From a virus (lineage: Duplodnaviria; Caudoviricetes), in IMG/VR virus record IMGVR_UViG_3300038318_000193, positions 1 through 42,032 of that record: DNA of 42,032 nucleotides; one strand, written 5' to 3'. Positions within the stretch are counted from its first letter, which is position 1. Each line of letters starts with the position of its first letter. A program made the translations under genes and the position numbers. Of the stretch, positions 7,994-16,722 are shown piece by piece. The notes under the pieces were generated by a model, which worked only from the letters and a program-made list of their open reading frames with translations, did no database searches and was not told the origin of the DNA.

Positions 7994-10282
7994 ATGAAAG
8001 ATATTATACAAAAAGCGCATAATGTAGGAGACGAAAAAGTATACCAAGGAGTAACTTATTATGTTGCTTCTCTTAATTCTAGTGGTAAGCCTTTATGGAG
8101 AAAGAAGAAGGGTGAAAATAAGACAAAAGAGAATCATGATGTAACAGAGAATAAAAAATCTGAAGATGAAGGGTCTAAACAATTATCTGATTTTACCCCA
8201 GATGAAGTTGTAAAATATGCTAATGAAACTAAAACAGATAATCTAGTTAATGCAGTTAATGATAAGAATAACTCAAAAGATTTAAGACAATTAATTTTTA
8301 ATGTTCTTAAGAAGAGAGAAGATTATGATAAAGATAAGGTAAAATCAGAGGATTTACCTAATGGATATATAAAGGCTCCTGAATCAAAGATTAAATATTC
8401 TAATGGTCCAGAAGTTAAAATTTCAGTTCCTGATTCTAGGTTTAAAAAAATAAATGGTCGTCCTGTTCGTGTATCTACATCTGAAGAAAGAAGAAAATAT
8501 TCTAAGATGTCAGATGACGATCTTATAAAATTTATTAATAATAATAAGGCTAATGCTTTAGATAGACATTTAGCCTTTCAGGAAGCGTCTAGTCGTGGAA
8601 TAAAGGAAGATAAGTTAGATTTTAATGGTACTTTAAAGGATCTTTGGGATAGAGAGAAACAGAAACAAGATGCTCTTAAATATGCAAATGAAATTAATAA
8701 TCCAGAGGAAGCTGAAGATTATGATATCGATCTTAAGGGATTCGATATGGATTCTTTTATGGATAAATTTAAGGGCGGTGATGTAGGTTGGCTAGACAAG
8801 AGGAATCCTATTGTTCAAAAATCATTTAATTTTGATACTTTGGTTGGAAGACAGCAATATGATGCTGTAAAGGATTTTCAACAAAGACAATTAGCGGGAT
8901 ATCTTACTCCTACTAATAAGATTGGTGAATTAAATCAACAATACGAAGATTTTGTGAATAAGGATACAACTCCTTTATTTATTTCATCTGGAGGAGCAGG
9001 AGCTGGTAAATCATATGGTTTATGGGCTGTTTTAAATGATAGCGATATTCCTAAATTAGAAGAAGGAGATGATCCTTCTGAAGGCAATGATTATGGCTGG
9101 GTTCAATGTGACGATCCTGATGATGAGGAAGATTTTAGGAGAATGTTATCTAAGTACAATGGTACTTATACAGATGATAATGGTGATGATCATGGTCATA
9201 TTTTAGTATTTGATGATGCAGACAAGATTTTAACGACTCGCTCTGCAGCAATGGATAAAACTCTTAAAAAAATTTGTGATAATAATGAAAAGAGTAGAAC
9301 TTTTGTTAATCCTGATACAGGGAATACAGAGGTTTGGAAGGGAAGAATAATAGTTCTTACAAATAAAGATGTTGATAACATTGCAGAAAAGAACGAAGAT
9401 AAAAAAGCTGTTTTATCTCGTGGAATTGTAAATAATATTAATTTTACGAGAAATGAAACAATAGAGATATTAGCTAATAGATATAAGACTATGGGACTGT
9501 CTTCTTATCAAAAGGCTTTTAATAAAGATTTTCCTGATAAGAAAGATCAACAAAAAATTAGAAAGATGGCTTATGACTTTATGAAAGATAATGTTAATGA
9601 AGCTGATCCTGCTAAATTTACTCCAAGAAGTTTTATTCAAGTTATGCAAGCTATTGGACCATCTATTAAGAATGGTGGAAAAACAAAAATGATACACGGT
9701 ACAGTTCAGATAGGAACAAATTTACCATGGCAAGTTAAGGCAATGAATATTATAAAATCTATTAATTTTAATGAAATGGAAGATATTATAGAAAAGGCAA
9801 TTACTGCTGAAGATATGGTCAAGACAAAAGAAGACCTAGAGAAAAGAAAGAAAGAAATGAAAAAGAAAAATCCTAAACTTTATTCTAAACTTTATGGAGA
9901 AGAAGCTATTGATTCTTTTATTTCGGGAGATTCCGAAGATAAAAAAAGTTCTAAAGATTCTAAAAAAAATAATAAACTCTTGAAAAAGGCACAAGATTAT
10001 CTTTTTGGCGATAATATAGAAAAAGCGGAATTTTCTGAAAAGGAGAGAAAGAGTTTGTCTAAAAAGAAAGAAGCGCTTCCTGATGGATCCTTCCCTATTC
10101 GTAATATTTCAGATTTACAAAATGCTATTAAATCTATCGGAAGAGCAAAAGATCCTGAAAGAGCTAAAAGATGGATTAAAAAAAGAGCAAAAGAGTTAAA
10201 GAGTGAAAAGATTTTGCCAGAGACTTGGAAAGCTGAAAATATAGATCTAGAAAAAGCTGAGAATTATTTATTCGGAAAATAA
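7994..10282 (+). CDS. Multidomain putative head-packaged protein with an AAA+ ATPase and a DUF6582-like C-terminal domain
   Basis: Likely start is ATG 7994 (MKDIIQKA-HNVG..). Walker A GGAGAGKS, Walker B LVFDDAD, sensor IIVLTN, Arg finger AVLSR; ALPDGSFPIRNISDLQNAI motif near the C-terminus. Confidence 0.8.
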   Translation: MKDIIQKAHNVGDEKVYQGVTYYVASLNSSGKPLWRKKKGENKTKENHDVTENKKSEDEGSKQLSDFTPDEVVKYANETKTDNLVNAVNDKNNSKDLRQLIFNVLKKREDYDKDKVKSEDLPNGYIKAPESKIKYSNGPEVKISVPDSRFKKINGRPVRVSTSEERRKYSKMSDDDLIKFINNNKANALDRHLAFQEASSRGIKEDKLDFNGTLKDLWDREKQKQDALKYANEINNPEEAEDYDIDLKGFDMDSFMDKFKGGDVGWLDKRNPIVQKSFNFDTLVGRQQYDAVKDFQQRQLAGYLTPTNKIGELNQQYEDFVNKDTTPLFISSGGAGAGKSYGLWAVLNDSDIPKLEEGDDPSEGNDYGWVQCDDPDDEEDFRRMLSKYNGTYTDDNGDDHGHILVFDDADKILTTRSAAMDKTLKKICDNNEKSRTFVNPDTGNTEVWKGRIIVLTNKDVDNIAEKNEDKKAVLSRGIVNNINFTRNETIEILANRYKTMGLSSYQKAFNKDFPDKKDQQKIRKMAYDFMKDNVNEADPAKFTPRSFIQVMQAIGPSIKNGGKTKMIHGTVQIGTNLPWQVKAMNIIKSINFNEMEDIIEKAITAEDMVKTKEDLEKRKKEMKKKNPKLYSKLYGEEAIDSFISGDSEDKKSSKDSKKNNKLLKKAQDYLFGDNIEKAEFSEKERKSLSKKKEALPDGSFPIRNISDLQNAIKSIGRAKDPERAKRWIKKRAKELKSEKILPETWKAENIDLEKAENYLFGK
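8011..8100 (+). repeat. Diverged copy 3 of the coding repeat (KAHNVGDEKVYQGVTYYVASLNSSGKPLWR)
   Basis: Same peptide with substitutions; the ggagacgaaaaagtata core is conserved. Confidence 0.9.
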
Positions 10283-10698
10283 TGGCAGATTTTAGTAAGG
10301 CCTTTTCTATCATTTTAAAGAATGAAGGGGGATATGTTAACGATCCTAAAGATTCGGGAGGAGAAACGTATAGAGGTATTTCTAGACGTTGGTTCCCTAA
10401 TTGGAAAGGATGGAATATAATAGATATTTACAAGAAAGATAAAAAACTCAATAATAAGAATCTTAGTGAAAATAAAGAACTTACAAATTATGTATCTTCT
10501 TTTTATAAAAAGGAATTTTGGGATAAAATATGGGGAGATAAGATAAGTAACCAAAAAGTAGCTAATTTACTTTTAGATTCCTCAGTTAATATTGGAATAT
10601 CTAATGCTGTAAAAATGTCTCAAAAGAGTTTTTCTTTATCAGAAAATGGAGAGATGGATAATATGTTATTAAAGAAATTAAATAGTGTGGTAGGATGA
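10282..10698 (+). CDS. GH108 lysozyme (endolysin), catalytic domain only
   Basis: EGGYVNDPKDSGGETYRGI, FYKKEFWD, D.SVNIG; ends right after the GEMD..LL..LN helix. Confidence 0.9.
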   Translation: MADFSKAFSIILKNEGGYVNDPKDSGGETYRGISRRWFPNWKGWNIIDIYKKDKKLNNKNLSENKELTNYVSSFYKKEFWDKIWGDKISNQKVANLLLDSSVNIGISNAVKMSQKSFSLSENGEMDNMLLKKLNSVVG

Positions 10699-11066
10699 AA
10701 AGAATTACATTAATGTTATCTTTTATATTTTTTGCTTTATTTTTTGCAAATTGTGGAGGAAAGAATATTGTAAATGCAGATAATAAGGATACTTCTTTTT
10801 TAGAAAAGAAGGAAATTATTAATGATGATAAAACTATTTCATTAAGAGATACGATGAAACTAAAAGAAGATTCTATTCATCACTATATTAATTTAATTAA
10901 GATTTATAAAGATAGTATTAAATACTATAAAGATTCAATAGAATATAAGAATTATTCAAATTCTGTTAAAATTTTAAAAATAAAATATTATATAAAGATA
11001 ACTCAAAAACATCCTAAAAATAAAAAATATTTTTTTGGATGGGTTAATCGTACAATTTCTGAATAA
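10695..11066 (+). CDS. Lipoprotein in the lysis cassette with a GH108-type peptidoglycan-binding C-terminus
   Basis: Signal peptide II (MKR + hydrophobic core + FANC), coiled-coil, and C-terminal YYIKITQKHPKNKKYFFGWVNR. Confidence 0.7.
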   Translation: MKRITLMLSFIFFALFFANCGGKNIVNADNKDTSFLEKKEIINDDKTISLRDTMKLKEDSIHHYINLIKIYKDSIKYYKDSIEYKNYSNSVKILKIKYYIKITQKHPKNKKYFFGWVNRTISE

Positions 11067-11113
11067 TTTTTTATCATTATATATTCAATATTGTAATAAA
11101 CAGGTATTATATT

Positions 11114-11134
11114 AATGATTATTCAATAATCATT
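11114..11134. promoter_or_regulatory. Perfect palindrome upstream of the prohead protease gene (candidate operator)
   Basis: AATGATTATT-C-AATAATCATT, 13 nt before ATG 11148. Confidence 0.4.
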
Positions 11135-11147
11135 TAGATCTTTATTT

Positions 11148-12827
11148 ATGAATAAATCTGAAAATAATTTTAAATTCTATTGTCCTGTAGGAATTAAAAA
11201 AGCTCTAGATCCTGAAACGGGTGAAGAACAAATGCTTTTAGGAGGTATAGCTTCAACTGCCGATAAGGATGCTGATGGAGAATATCTTGATCCTAAGGGA
11301 TTTGACATAAGACCGTTGATGAAAAATGGTTTAGTAAACTGGCATCATCAGGCTAAAAGCAATCCAGCTACAATCGTAGGAGAACCTACAAAAGCAAAAA
11401 TAGATAAAAATGGCCTTTATATAGAGACGAGATTATATCCATCTAGTCAAGTAGCTAAAGATATTTGGGAATTAGCAAAGACTTTAGAGACAGATTCCAA
11501 GACACGTAGACTTGGATATTCTATAGAAGGGCAAGTATTAAAAAGAGGTTCTTCTGATAGAAATAATCCTGCTTATAAGAAAGTAGAAAAAGCCGTTATT
11601 ACAGGTGTAGCAATAACTCATATGCCTAAGAATCCTAAAACATTCGCTAATATAATAAAGGGAGAGTTGGATGATTTAAATGATGAGGATTCCGAAGAAG
11701 ATGATACATTGAAAAAGGAAAAATCTAATGGAAGGGGAGTAAATGCTAATAAAAATATAGCAAATACTGTTAAAAAGTATGACGATAAAAAAGAAGAGAA
11801 GGCTCTAGATACTGAAGACGCTTCAGCTCTAAAAAGAGAACATGTAGACGGTGAGACCAAAGAACAGATGTCTGGTAAGTTAGGAAAGGCAGAAGTTATT
11901 AATAGAATTTTTGAAGATAATCCTGACTTGGAATTCAGTAAGGGGAAGGAAATATATACATTAATTGAAAAAATATCTAATATGTCAAAAAAAGAAGGAA
12001 TAACAGAGGAAGACATCAATAAAGCCTATGATGCTTTAGGTCTTGAAAGAGACGATAATAAAGATGATGTCCGAAAGGCAGAGGATCCTGAGGAAGAAGA
12101 AGAAAAAGATCCTGACGCTGAAGAAGATGATGAAGAATCTAAAGAGGAAGATGAAAAGAAATCTTCTAAAAAAGATTCTAAGAAAAAGATGAATTCTAAA
12201 TCTTCTAAGAAGGAAAAAGAAGATGAAGAGCATGATGAGGATGAAGAAGAGGAGGAAAATGAAGACGAAGATGATGAGGATGAAGAAGATAAGGGAGGTG
12301 TAAAGAAAGGAGGTCTTTGGGATCGTTTTGATACTCTTGAAAAGGGAATTGCGATTTCTCATGTTGATCAAATAAAGTGTATAAAAGCGCTAGGAATTTT
12401 ATTGAAAGATTCTAATGACAAACTTCAAAAGGCTAATGAGTCAATTACATATGCTAATGATCGTATAGATGCATTAGAAGATTTAGTTAAAGGACAGGAT
12501 GAAACTATTTCTACTATGAATGAATCTATCGAAAAATATGGTTCTGGGATTCCTGCTGCTAAATCTATTAGACATGCTGCTCCTGTAGAAAGAAGGTTTT
12601 CAAAGGGACAGGAAGACGAACTTAATAATGAAGATTCTAAATATCAAAAAGTTTCTATATTAAATAAAGCTGCCGTTTCAGAAATATTAGATGAAGCCAC
12701 GTTTAATGGTGGAAAATTTGATAGCGAATTTGATAAGGCTTGTACTCATTTTGAAGCTACAGGAAGTATGCCAGCTAATATAATTGCTCGTCTTAAGAAT
12801 GAATATAAAATTCAAATCACAAAATAG
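11148..12827 (+). CDS. Prohead protease fused to a scaffolding protein
   Basis: GIASTADKDADGE, VNWHH, GYSIEG (catalytic Ser) and VAITHMPKNP; acidic/coiled-coil C-terminal half; directly upstream of the capsid gene. Confidence 0.9.
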   Translation: MNKSENNFKFYCPVGIKKALDPETGEEQMLLGGIASTADKDADGEYLDPKGFDIRPLMKNGLVNWHHQAKSNPATIVGEPTKAKIDKNGLYIETRLYPSSQVAKDIWELAKTLETDSKTRRLGYSIEGQVLKRGSSDRNNPAYKKVEKAVITGVAITHMPKNPKTFANIIKGELDDLNDEDSEEDDTLKKEKSNGRGVNANKNIANTVKKYDDKKEEKALDTEDASALKREHVDGETKEQMSGKLGKAEVINRIFEDNPDLEFSKGKEIYTLIEKISNMSKKEGITEEDINKAYDALGLERDDNKDDVRKAEDPEEEEEKDPDAEEDDEESKEEDEKKSSKKDSKKKMNSKSSKKEKEDEEHDEDEEEEENEDEDDEDEEDKGGVKKGGLWDRFDTLEKGIAISHVDQIKCIKALGILLKDSNDKLQKANESITYANDRIDALEDLVKGQDETISTMNESIEKYGSGIPAAKSIRHAAPVERRFSKGQEDELNNEDSKYQKVSILNKAAVSEILDEATFNGGKFDSEFDKACTHFEATGSMPANIIARLKNEYKIQITK

Positions 12828-12862
12828 AAATAAATAATATCTTAATTTAAATTAAAAAAAAT

Positions 12863-14335
12863 ATGAGTAAATTATCAATCAACCTTGCTGATTATGGGGT
12901 TAATGGAGACGGTTATGGATCAGGCAATCAGCAAGACGTAGATGCTCTTAATAAAGCACTCTCTGCTGGTAGCATAACTGGTCGTGAAACTACTAATATG
13001 TCAGATGCATCTGGTTCTCCGTTAAAGGTTGAGAGTCTAGATAAAACACTGAAACATATTACCTTTAGGGAAAGTGATATTCGTCTATGGAAGGATATTC
13101 CTAAAAAGCCTGCTTATAATACTGTAGAGGAATATAATCAACAGACTAGTTACGGTGAAGACCGTGGTGGTTTTAACTCTGAAGGAGAACTTCCAGAAGA
13201 AGAAGATTCTATCTATGTACGTAGAGCCCAGTTAGTTAAATATCTTGGAGTAACTAAGAGTGTTACTCATCAAATGACTCTTGTTAATACTATGGTAGGT
13301 AGTATTATTGAACGTACCATAAAAGATGGTACTCTCTGGATTCTTCGTAAGTTGGATAAATCTCTTTATTTTGGAGATGAAAAAAAGATTCCTCTTGAAT
13401 TCAACGGTTTCCTTGCTCAGCAAGAGCAAAGTGATGCGTGGGCAAATTATGATTCATATATTAATTCTGATAATGTAATAGATTGTCGCGGAGTATCTTT
13501 ATCTGAGGAACATATTGAAAGCGGAGCTAATGCTATTGTTAATTCTTACGGATTGGCAACCCAATTATATGCTTCTCCATCAGTTCTTAGTGGATTCGTA
13601 AAACAGTTCTATGGCAATAAATTTATCATGCCTAATAGTCCTGCTGTTACGGATGGTGTTATGGGTCAAAGGGTTCGTGAATTCGACTCTCAATTTGGTC
13701 CTATTGGATTGAATCAAGACGTATTCTTCCAAAAACATCCCGCAAAGACCGCTGGTGGTGATCCTTCTTCTGATAAAGCTCCTTCTGCTCCTACTGTAGC
13801 TGCTGTATCTGTTGATGCTGGCGTTGCTGGTAGTAAGTTTGCTGCCGCTGATGCCGGTTCGGTATTTTATGCTGTATCTGCTATTAATCGTTATGGTGAA
13901 TCTGCTTTGGTTGCTGCAACTCCTGCTGTTGTTTTAGTTGCAACAGGCGCTGCTGATATAACTATTACAGATGGCGGAGGTGTTAATAAGGCTACTGCTT
14001 ATAGAATATATAGAACTGCTGTAGGCGGAACTGCAACTAGTCAATTTTATCCTTTGTTTGAGGTATCTTTAGATGATGTAGCTAGGGGATTAAATGGTGC
14101 TGCTGTTGGGAAGATTAGAGATTTGAACTACTTTTTGCCTAATACAGATCAGGCTATGCTTGTTCAATTTGATAATGAAGTTGTCGAATTCGCTCAACTT
14201 GCTCCTCTTATGAAGATGGATTTAGCTATGCTTAGTCCAGCATTTCGTTTTATGATTCTTCTTTATGGTACTCCATTCTTGTATGCTCCTAAGAAAATGG
14301 TGCGTATAATTAATATTGGTGCATACAAGAAATGA
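12863..14335 (+). CDS. Major capsid protein (SPO1/Twort-like)
   Basis: LKVESLDKTLK, AYNTVEEYNQ, EFNG and LAPLMKMDLA motifs; FN3-like insertion; biased codons; terminator follows. Confidence 0.93.
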   Translation: MSKLSINLADYGVNGDGYGSGNQQDVDALNKALSAGSITGRETTNMSDASGSPLKVESLDKTLKHITFRESDIRLWKDIPKKPAYNTVEEYNQQTSYGEDRGGFNSEGELPEEEDSIYVRRAQLVKYLGVTKSVTHQMTLVNTMVGSIIERTIKDGTLWILRKLDKSLYFGDEKKIPLEFNGFLAQQEQSDAWANYDSYINSDNVIDCRGVSLSEEHIESGANAIVNSYGLATQLYASPSVLSGFVKQFYGNKFIMPNSPAVTDGVMGQRVREFDSQFGPIGLNQDVFFQKHPAKTAGGDPSSDKAPSAPTVAAVSVDAGVAGSKFAAADAGSVFYAVSAINRYGESALVAATPAVVLVATGAADITITDGGGVNKATAYRIYRTAVGGTATSQFYPLFEVSLDDVARGLNGAAVGKIRDLNYFLPNTDQAMLVQFDNEVVEFAQLAPLMKMDLAMLSPAFRFMILLYGTPFLYAPKKMVRIINIGAYKK

Positions 14336-14360
14336 TTATAATTGTTAAATAATTAAAATT

Positions 14361-14394
14361 GGGGGTGGGCGTAATTAACCCCATCCCCTTTTTT
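14361..14394 (+). terminator. Rho-independent terminator after the capsid gene
   Basis: GGGGGTGGG / CCCATCCCC stem followed by T6. Confidence 0.85.
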
Positions 14395-14409
14395 ATTAAA
14401 ATTAAAAGT

Positions 14410-14838
14410 ATGAAAATTAAAATTAAAGCTGTAAATCGAAAGATTAAATCAATCAAATTGTGCGTTCCTGTTGATGGAATTATTGATATAGATTCCAATG
14501 GTGAATGCGAAGTTTCCGAAAAATGCGCTAAATCTTTAATAGAAGGAACACATGATTGGAAAAAAGTTGAAAATATTGAAGATTCTAAGAAAGATAAAGA
14601 AGATTCTAAAACTTCAGATGATTCAGATAAGAAAGAGGATTCAGAAGAATCTGAGGAATCTGATGATCCAAAAGAGGAATTTAAGAAAATGAAGAAGGAT
14701 GAACTTATTTCTTTTATTAAAGAAAATAAATATCCAGAATCAGAATGGTCTAAATTCTTAGCGTCTGAGAAAAATTCAGAAAAATTATTAGCAGCTTATT
14801 TGATAAAGAAGTATAATGAAGCTCTAAAAAAGATCTGA
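14410..14838 (+). CDS. Hypothetical head-associated protein with a C-terminal HeH-like motif
   Basis: Likely start is ATG 14410 (the track's TTG 14359 overlaps the terminator); KMKKDELISFIKEN helix. Confidence 0.6.
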   Translation: MKIKIKAVNRKIKSIKLCVPVDGIIDIDSNGECEVSEKCAKSLIEGTHDWKKVENIEDSKKDKEDSKTSDDSDKKEDSEESEESDDPKEEFKKMKKDELISFIKENKYPESEWSKFLASEKNSEKLLAAYLIKKYNEALKKI

Positions 14839-14858
14839 TAATATAAATTCTTATTGAC

Positions 14859-15662
14859 ATGCCGAATTTAATTCTTAAAATACAATATAATAAAAATAGA
14901 GGTACGCTTTTTAGTGCTACAGAATTAATGGAATTATATCTTTATGGTATTCCTGTTTGTACACTAGACGGAGATAAGATGCCTCTATCTACTATTCAGC
15001 ATCAGATTGAAGTTTCTCAAAAAAAAGTAGAAGTACTTTTTTCTATAAAGTTCAATAAACAAGTAATAGAAGAGAGTCAAAACTTTATAAGAGAGGAATT
15101 CAATAAATGGGGATATGTTAGAGCAATGTATCCTGTAGATTATATTGCTTATTTAAAAGGATATATAAATTCAGCGTGTCAATTGAATTATCCCATGGAA
15201 TGGCTCTCTTTAAAGAAAACAGAGAGCACAGCCGTTTATAGAAATATACATTTAATACCTAATAGTGCAAGTGAAGAAGGCGCTAATATGACACAAAACT
15301 CTCTTATATATAATGGAATAACTCCTTATATGGGATGGTTTGGTCAAGATTATATACCTAATTATTGGCGATTCAAGTATGTTACAGGATGGGATCCTTA
15401 TGAGATGCCTCAAGATCTTTTAGATATGGTTGGTAGATTAACGTCTATAAACGTTCTATCTATAATAGGAGGATTTTTGTATGGTGCTGGTGTAAGTTCT
15501 TTAAATGTTTCATTAGATGGCGTATCGCAAACTATTCCTCTTACTAAGGGGGGAAAGTATGGGATATTTGGAGATAGAATACAATTATATCTTGATGAAA
15601 TAAATGCTTCTATGGATTCAATGAGAGAGAATTACAGAGGATTAGTTTTTGAAGTTCTTTAA
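14859..15662 (+). CDS. Head-tail adaptor (neck) protein
   Basis: Position; YVTG...P.DL and SSLNVSLDGVSQT motifs. Confidence 0.7.
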   Translation: MPNLILKIQYNKNRGTLFSATELMELYLYGIPVCTLDGDKMPLSTIQHQIEVSQKKVEVLFSIKFNKQVIEESQNFIREEFNKWGYVRAMYPVDYIAYLKGYINSACQLNYPMEWLSLKKTESTAVYRNIHLIPNSASEEGANMTQNSLIYNGITPYMGWFGQDYIPNYWRFKYVTGWDPYEMPQDLLDMVGRLTSINVLSIIGGFLYGAGVSSLNVSLDGVSQTIPLTKGGKYGIFGDRIQLYLDEINASMDSMRENYRGLVFEVL

Positions 15663-15673
15663 TTGTTTTAAGT

Positions 15674-16495
15674 ATGTCTAAAAGTATATTAACAACAAAC
15701 ATAATTACAGATATTACTTCACCAGATACCTCTATACCACAACCAAGATGGCAAGTAAGAGAATTTAATAGTCTTATTTATCAGAATGGATATGATTGTT
15801 ATATTCAAAAAGCTATGAGATGTCCTTGCGTTGATAAAGGGACAGGACAAGCATTGTCTACTTGTAAAAATTGTCTAGGAAGAGGATGGCTTTTTGTAGA
15901 AAAAAGAAAAACAAAAGTAATTGCTCAGGGAATGGGTGATTCTGTAAAGTATCAAGATTGGAGCAAAACAACACTAGGAACAGCTAGAATAACCGCTAGA
16001 GCTTCAGATAAATTGAATTTCATGGATAGAATAATATTTACTGGAACTCAGCTTGAAGACTATACTGAAATATTAAGACCTATACTATATAACAACGAAT
16101 TAATAGCTTATCCTATATATGAACCATTAACTATAAGTAATATATATTTATATGTTGGAGATTCTGTTAAATTAATGCCATTGTCTTCTGATAAATATAC
16201 TGTAGACGGAAATAGAATAGTTTTTGACCAATCTATTATAAATAATATTCCATCTAATGATATTAATCAAAATATGCCAGATATATCAATATCTATAAGA
16301 TATTCACATTATCCTGTTTATCATATAATACAAATAAATAGACAATTAATGACAGTAAGAAGTAATGATTATTGTTCTAATGGGGGAGATATGCGATCGA
16401 TGCCTATAAATGCAATTGCAAGAAAAGCTCATTATATATGGGATGCGCAAAGATTTGATAATGAATTATTAGATAATTCTATAAAGAAGGAGTAA
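15674..16495 (+). CDS. Head closure/neck protein with a Cys motif
   Basis: CPC...CKNCLGRG, as in the Twort-like neck gene at this position. Confidence 0.65.
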   Translation: MSKSILTTNIITDITSPDTSIPQPRWQVREFNSLIYQNGYDCYIQKAMRCPCVDKGTGQALSTCKNCLGRGWLFVEKRKTKVIAQGMGDSVKYQDWSKTTLGTARITARASDKLNFMDRIIFTGTQLEDYTEILRPILYNNELIAYPIYEPLTISNIYLYVGDSVKLMPLSSDKYTVDGNRIVFDQSIINNIPSNDINQNMPDISISIRYSHYPVYHIIQINRQLMTVRSNDYCSNGGDMRSMPINAIARKAHYIWDAQRFDNELLDNSIKKE

Positions 16496-16497
16496 TT

Positions 16498-16710
16498 ATG
16501 ACAATTAAAGATAAAAAACAAAGAAAGATTGCAAAGGTAATGAGAGAGTTTAAAGAGGGAACTCTTAAATCTTCTAGCGGAGAAATAGTCACTGATAAGA
16601 ATCAGGCTTTAGCGATAGCAATATCGGAAGCAGAGGATAAATTTGGAAAATCTTTAATGGATGATATTAATATTTCTTCTATAGATGAAGCAATAGAGAT
16701 ACTAGAATAA
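16498..16710 (+). CDS. DUF6496-like small protein
   Basis: KVMREFKEGTLKSSSG...QALAIAISEA motif. Confidence 0.7.
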   Translation: MTIKDKKQRKIAKVMREFKEGTLKSSSGEIVTDKNQALAIAISEAEDKFGKSLMDDINISSIDEAIEILE

Positions 16711-16722
16711 TATTAAGAAAGT

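Noticed and set aside
1099-8100. The repeated 91-bp element as a CRISPR array or DGR template/variable repeat
   Set aside because: Copies are kilobases apart and in-frame within genes. The single difference between copies 1 and 2 is C/T, not adenine-specific. No reverse transcriptase or cas gene is visible.
10282-11147. Holin in the lysis cassette
   Set aside because: No small multi-pass membrane ORF is present; the only hydrophobic segment is the lipoprotein signal.
12050-12300. GAA/GAT-rich low-complexity tract as a DNA repeat element
   Set aside because: It simply encodes the acidic linker of the scaffold region.
13770-14070. FN3-like Ala/Val-rich insertion in the capsid protein as a novelty
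   Set aside because: A comparable insertion is usual in this capsid family.
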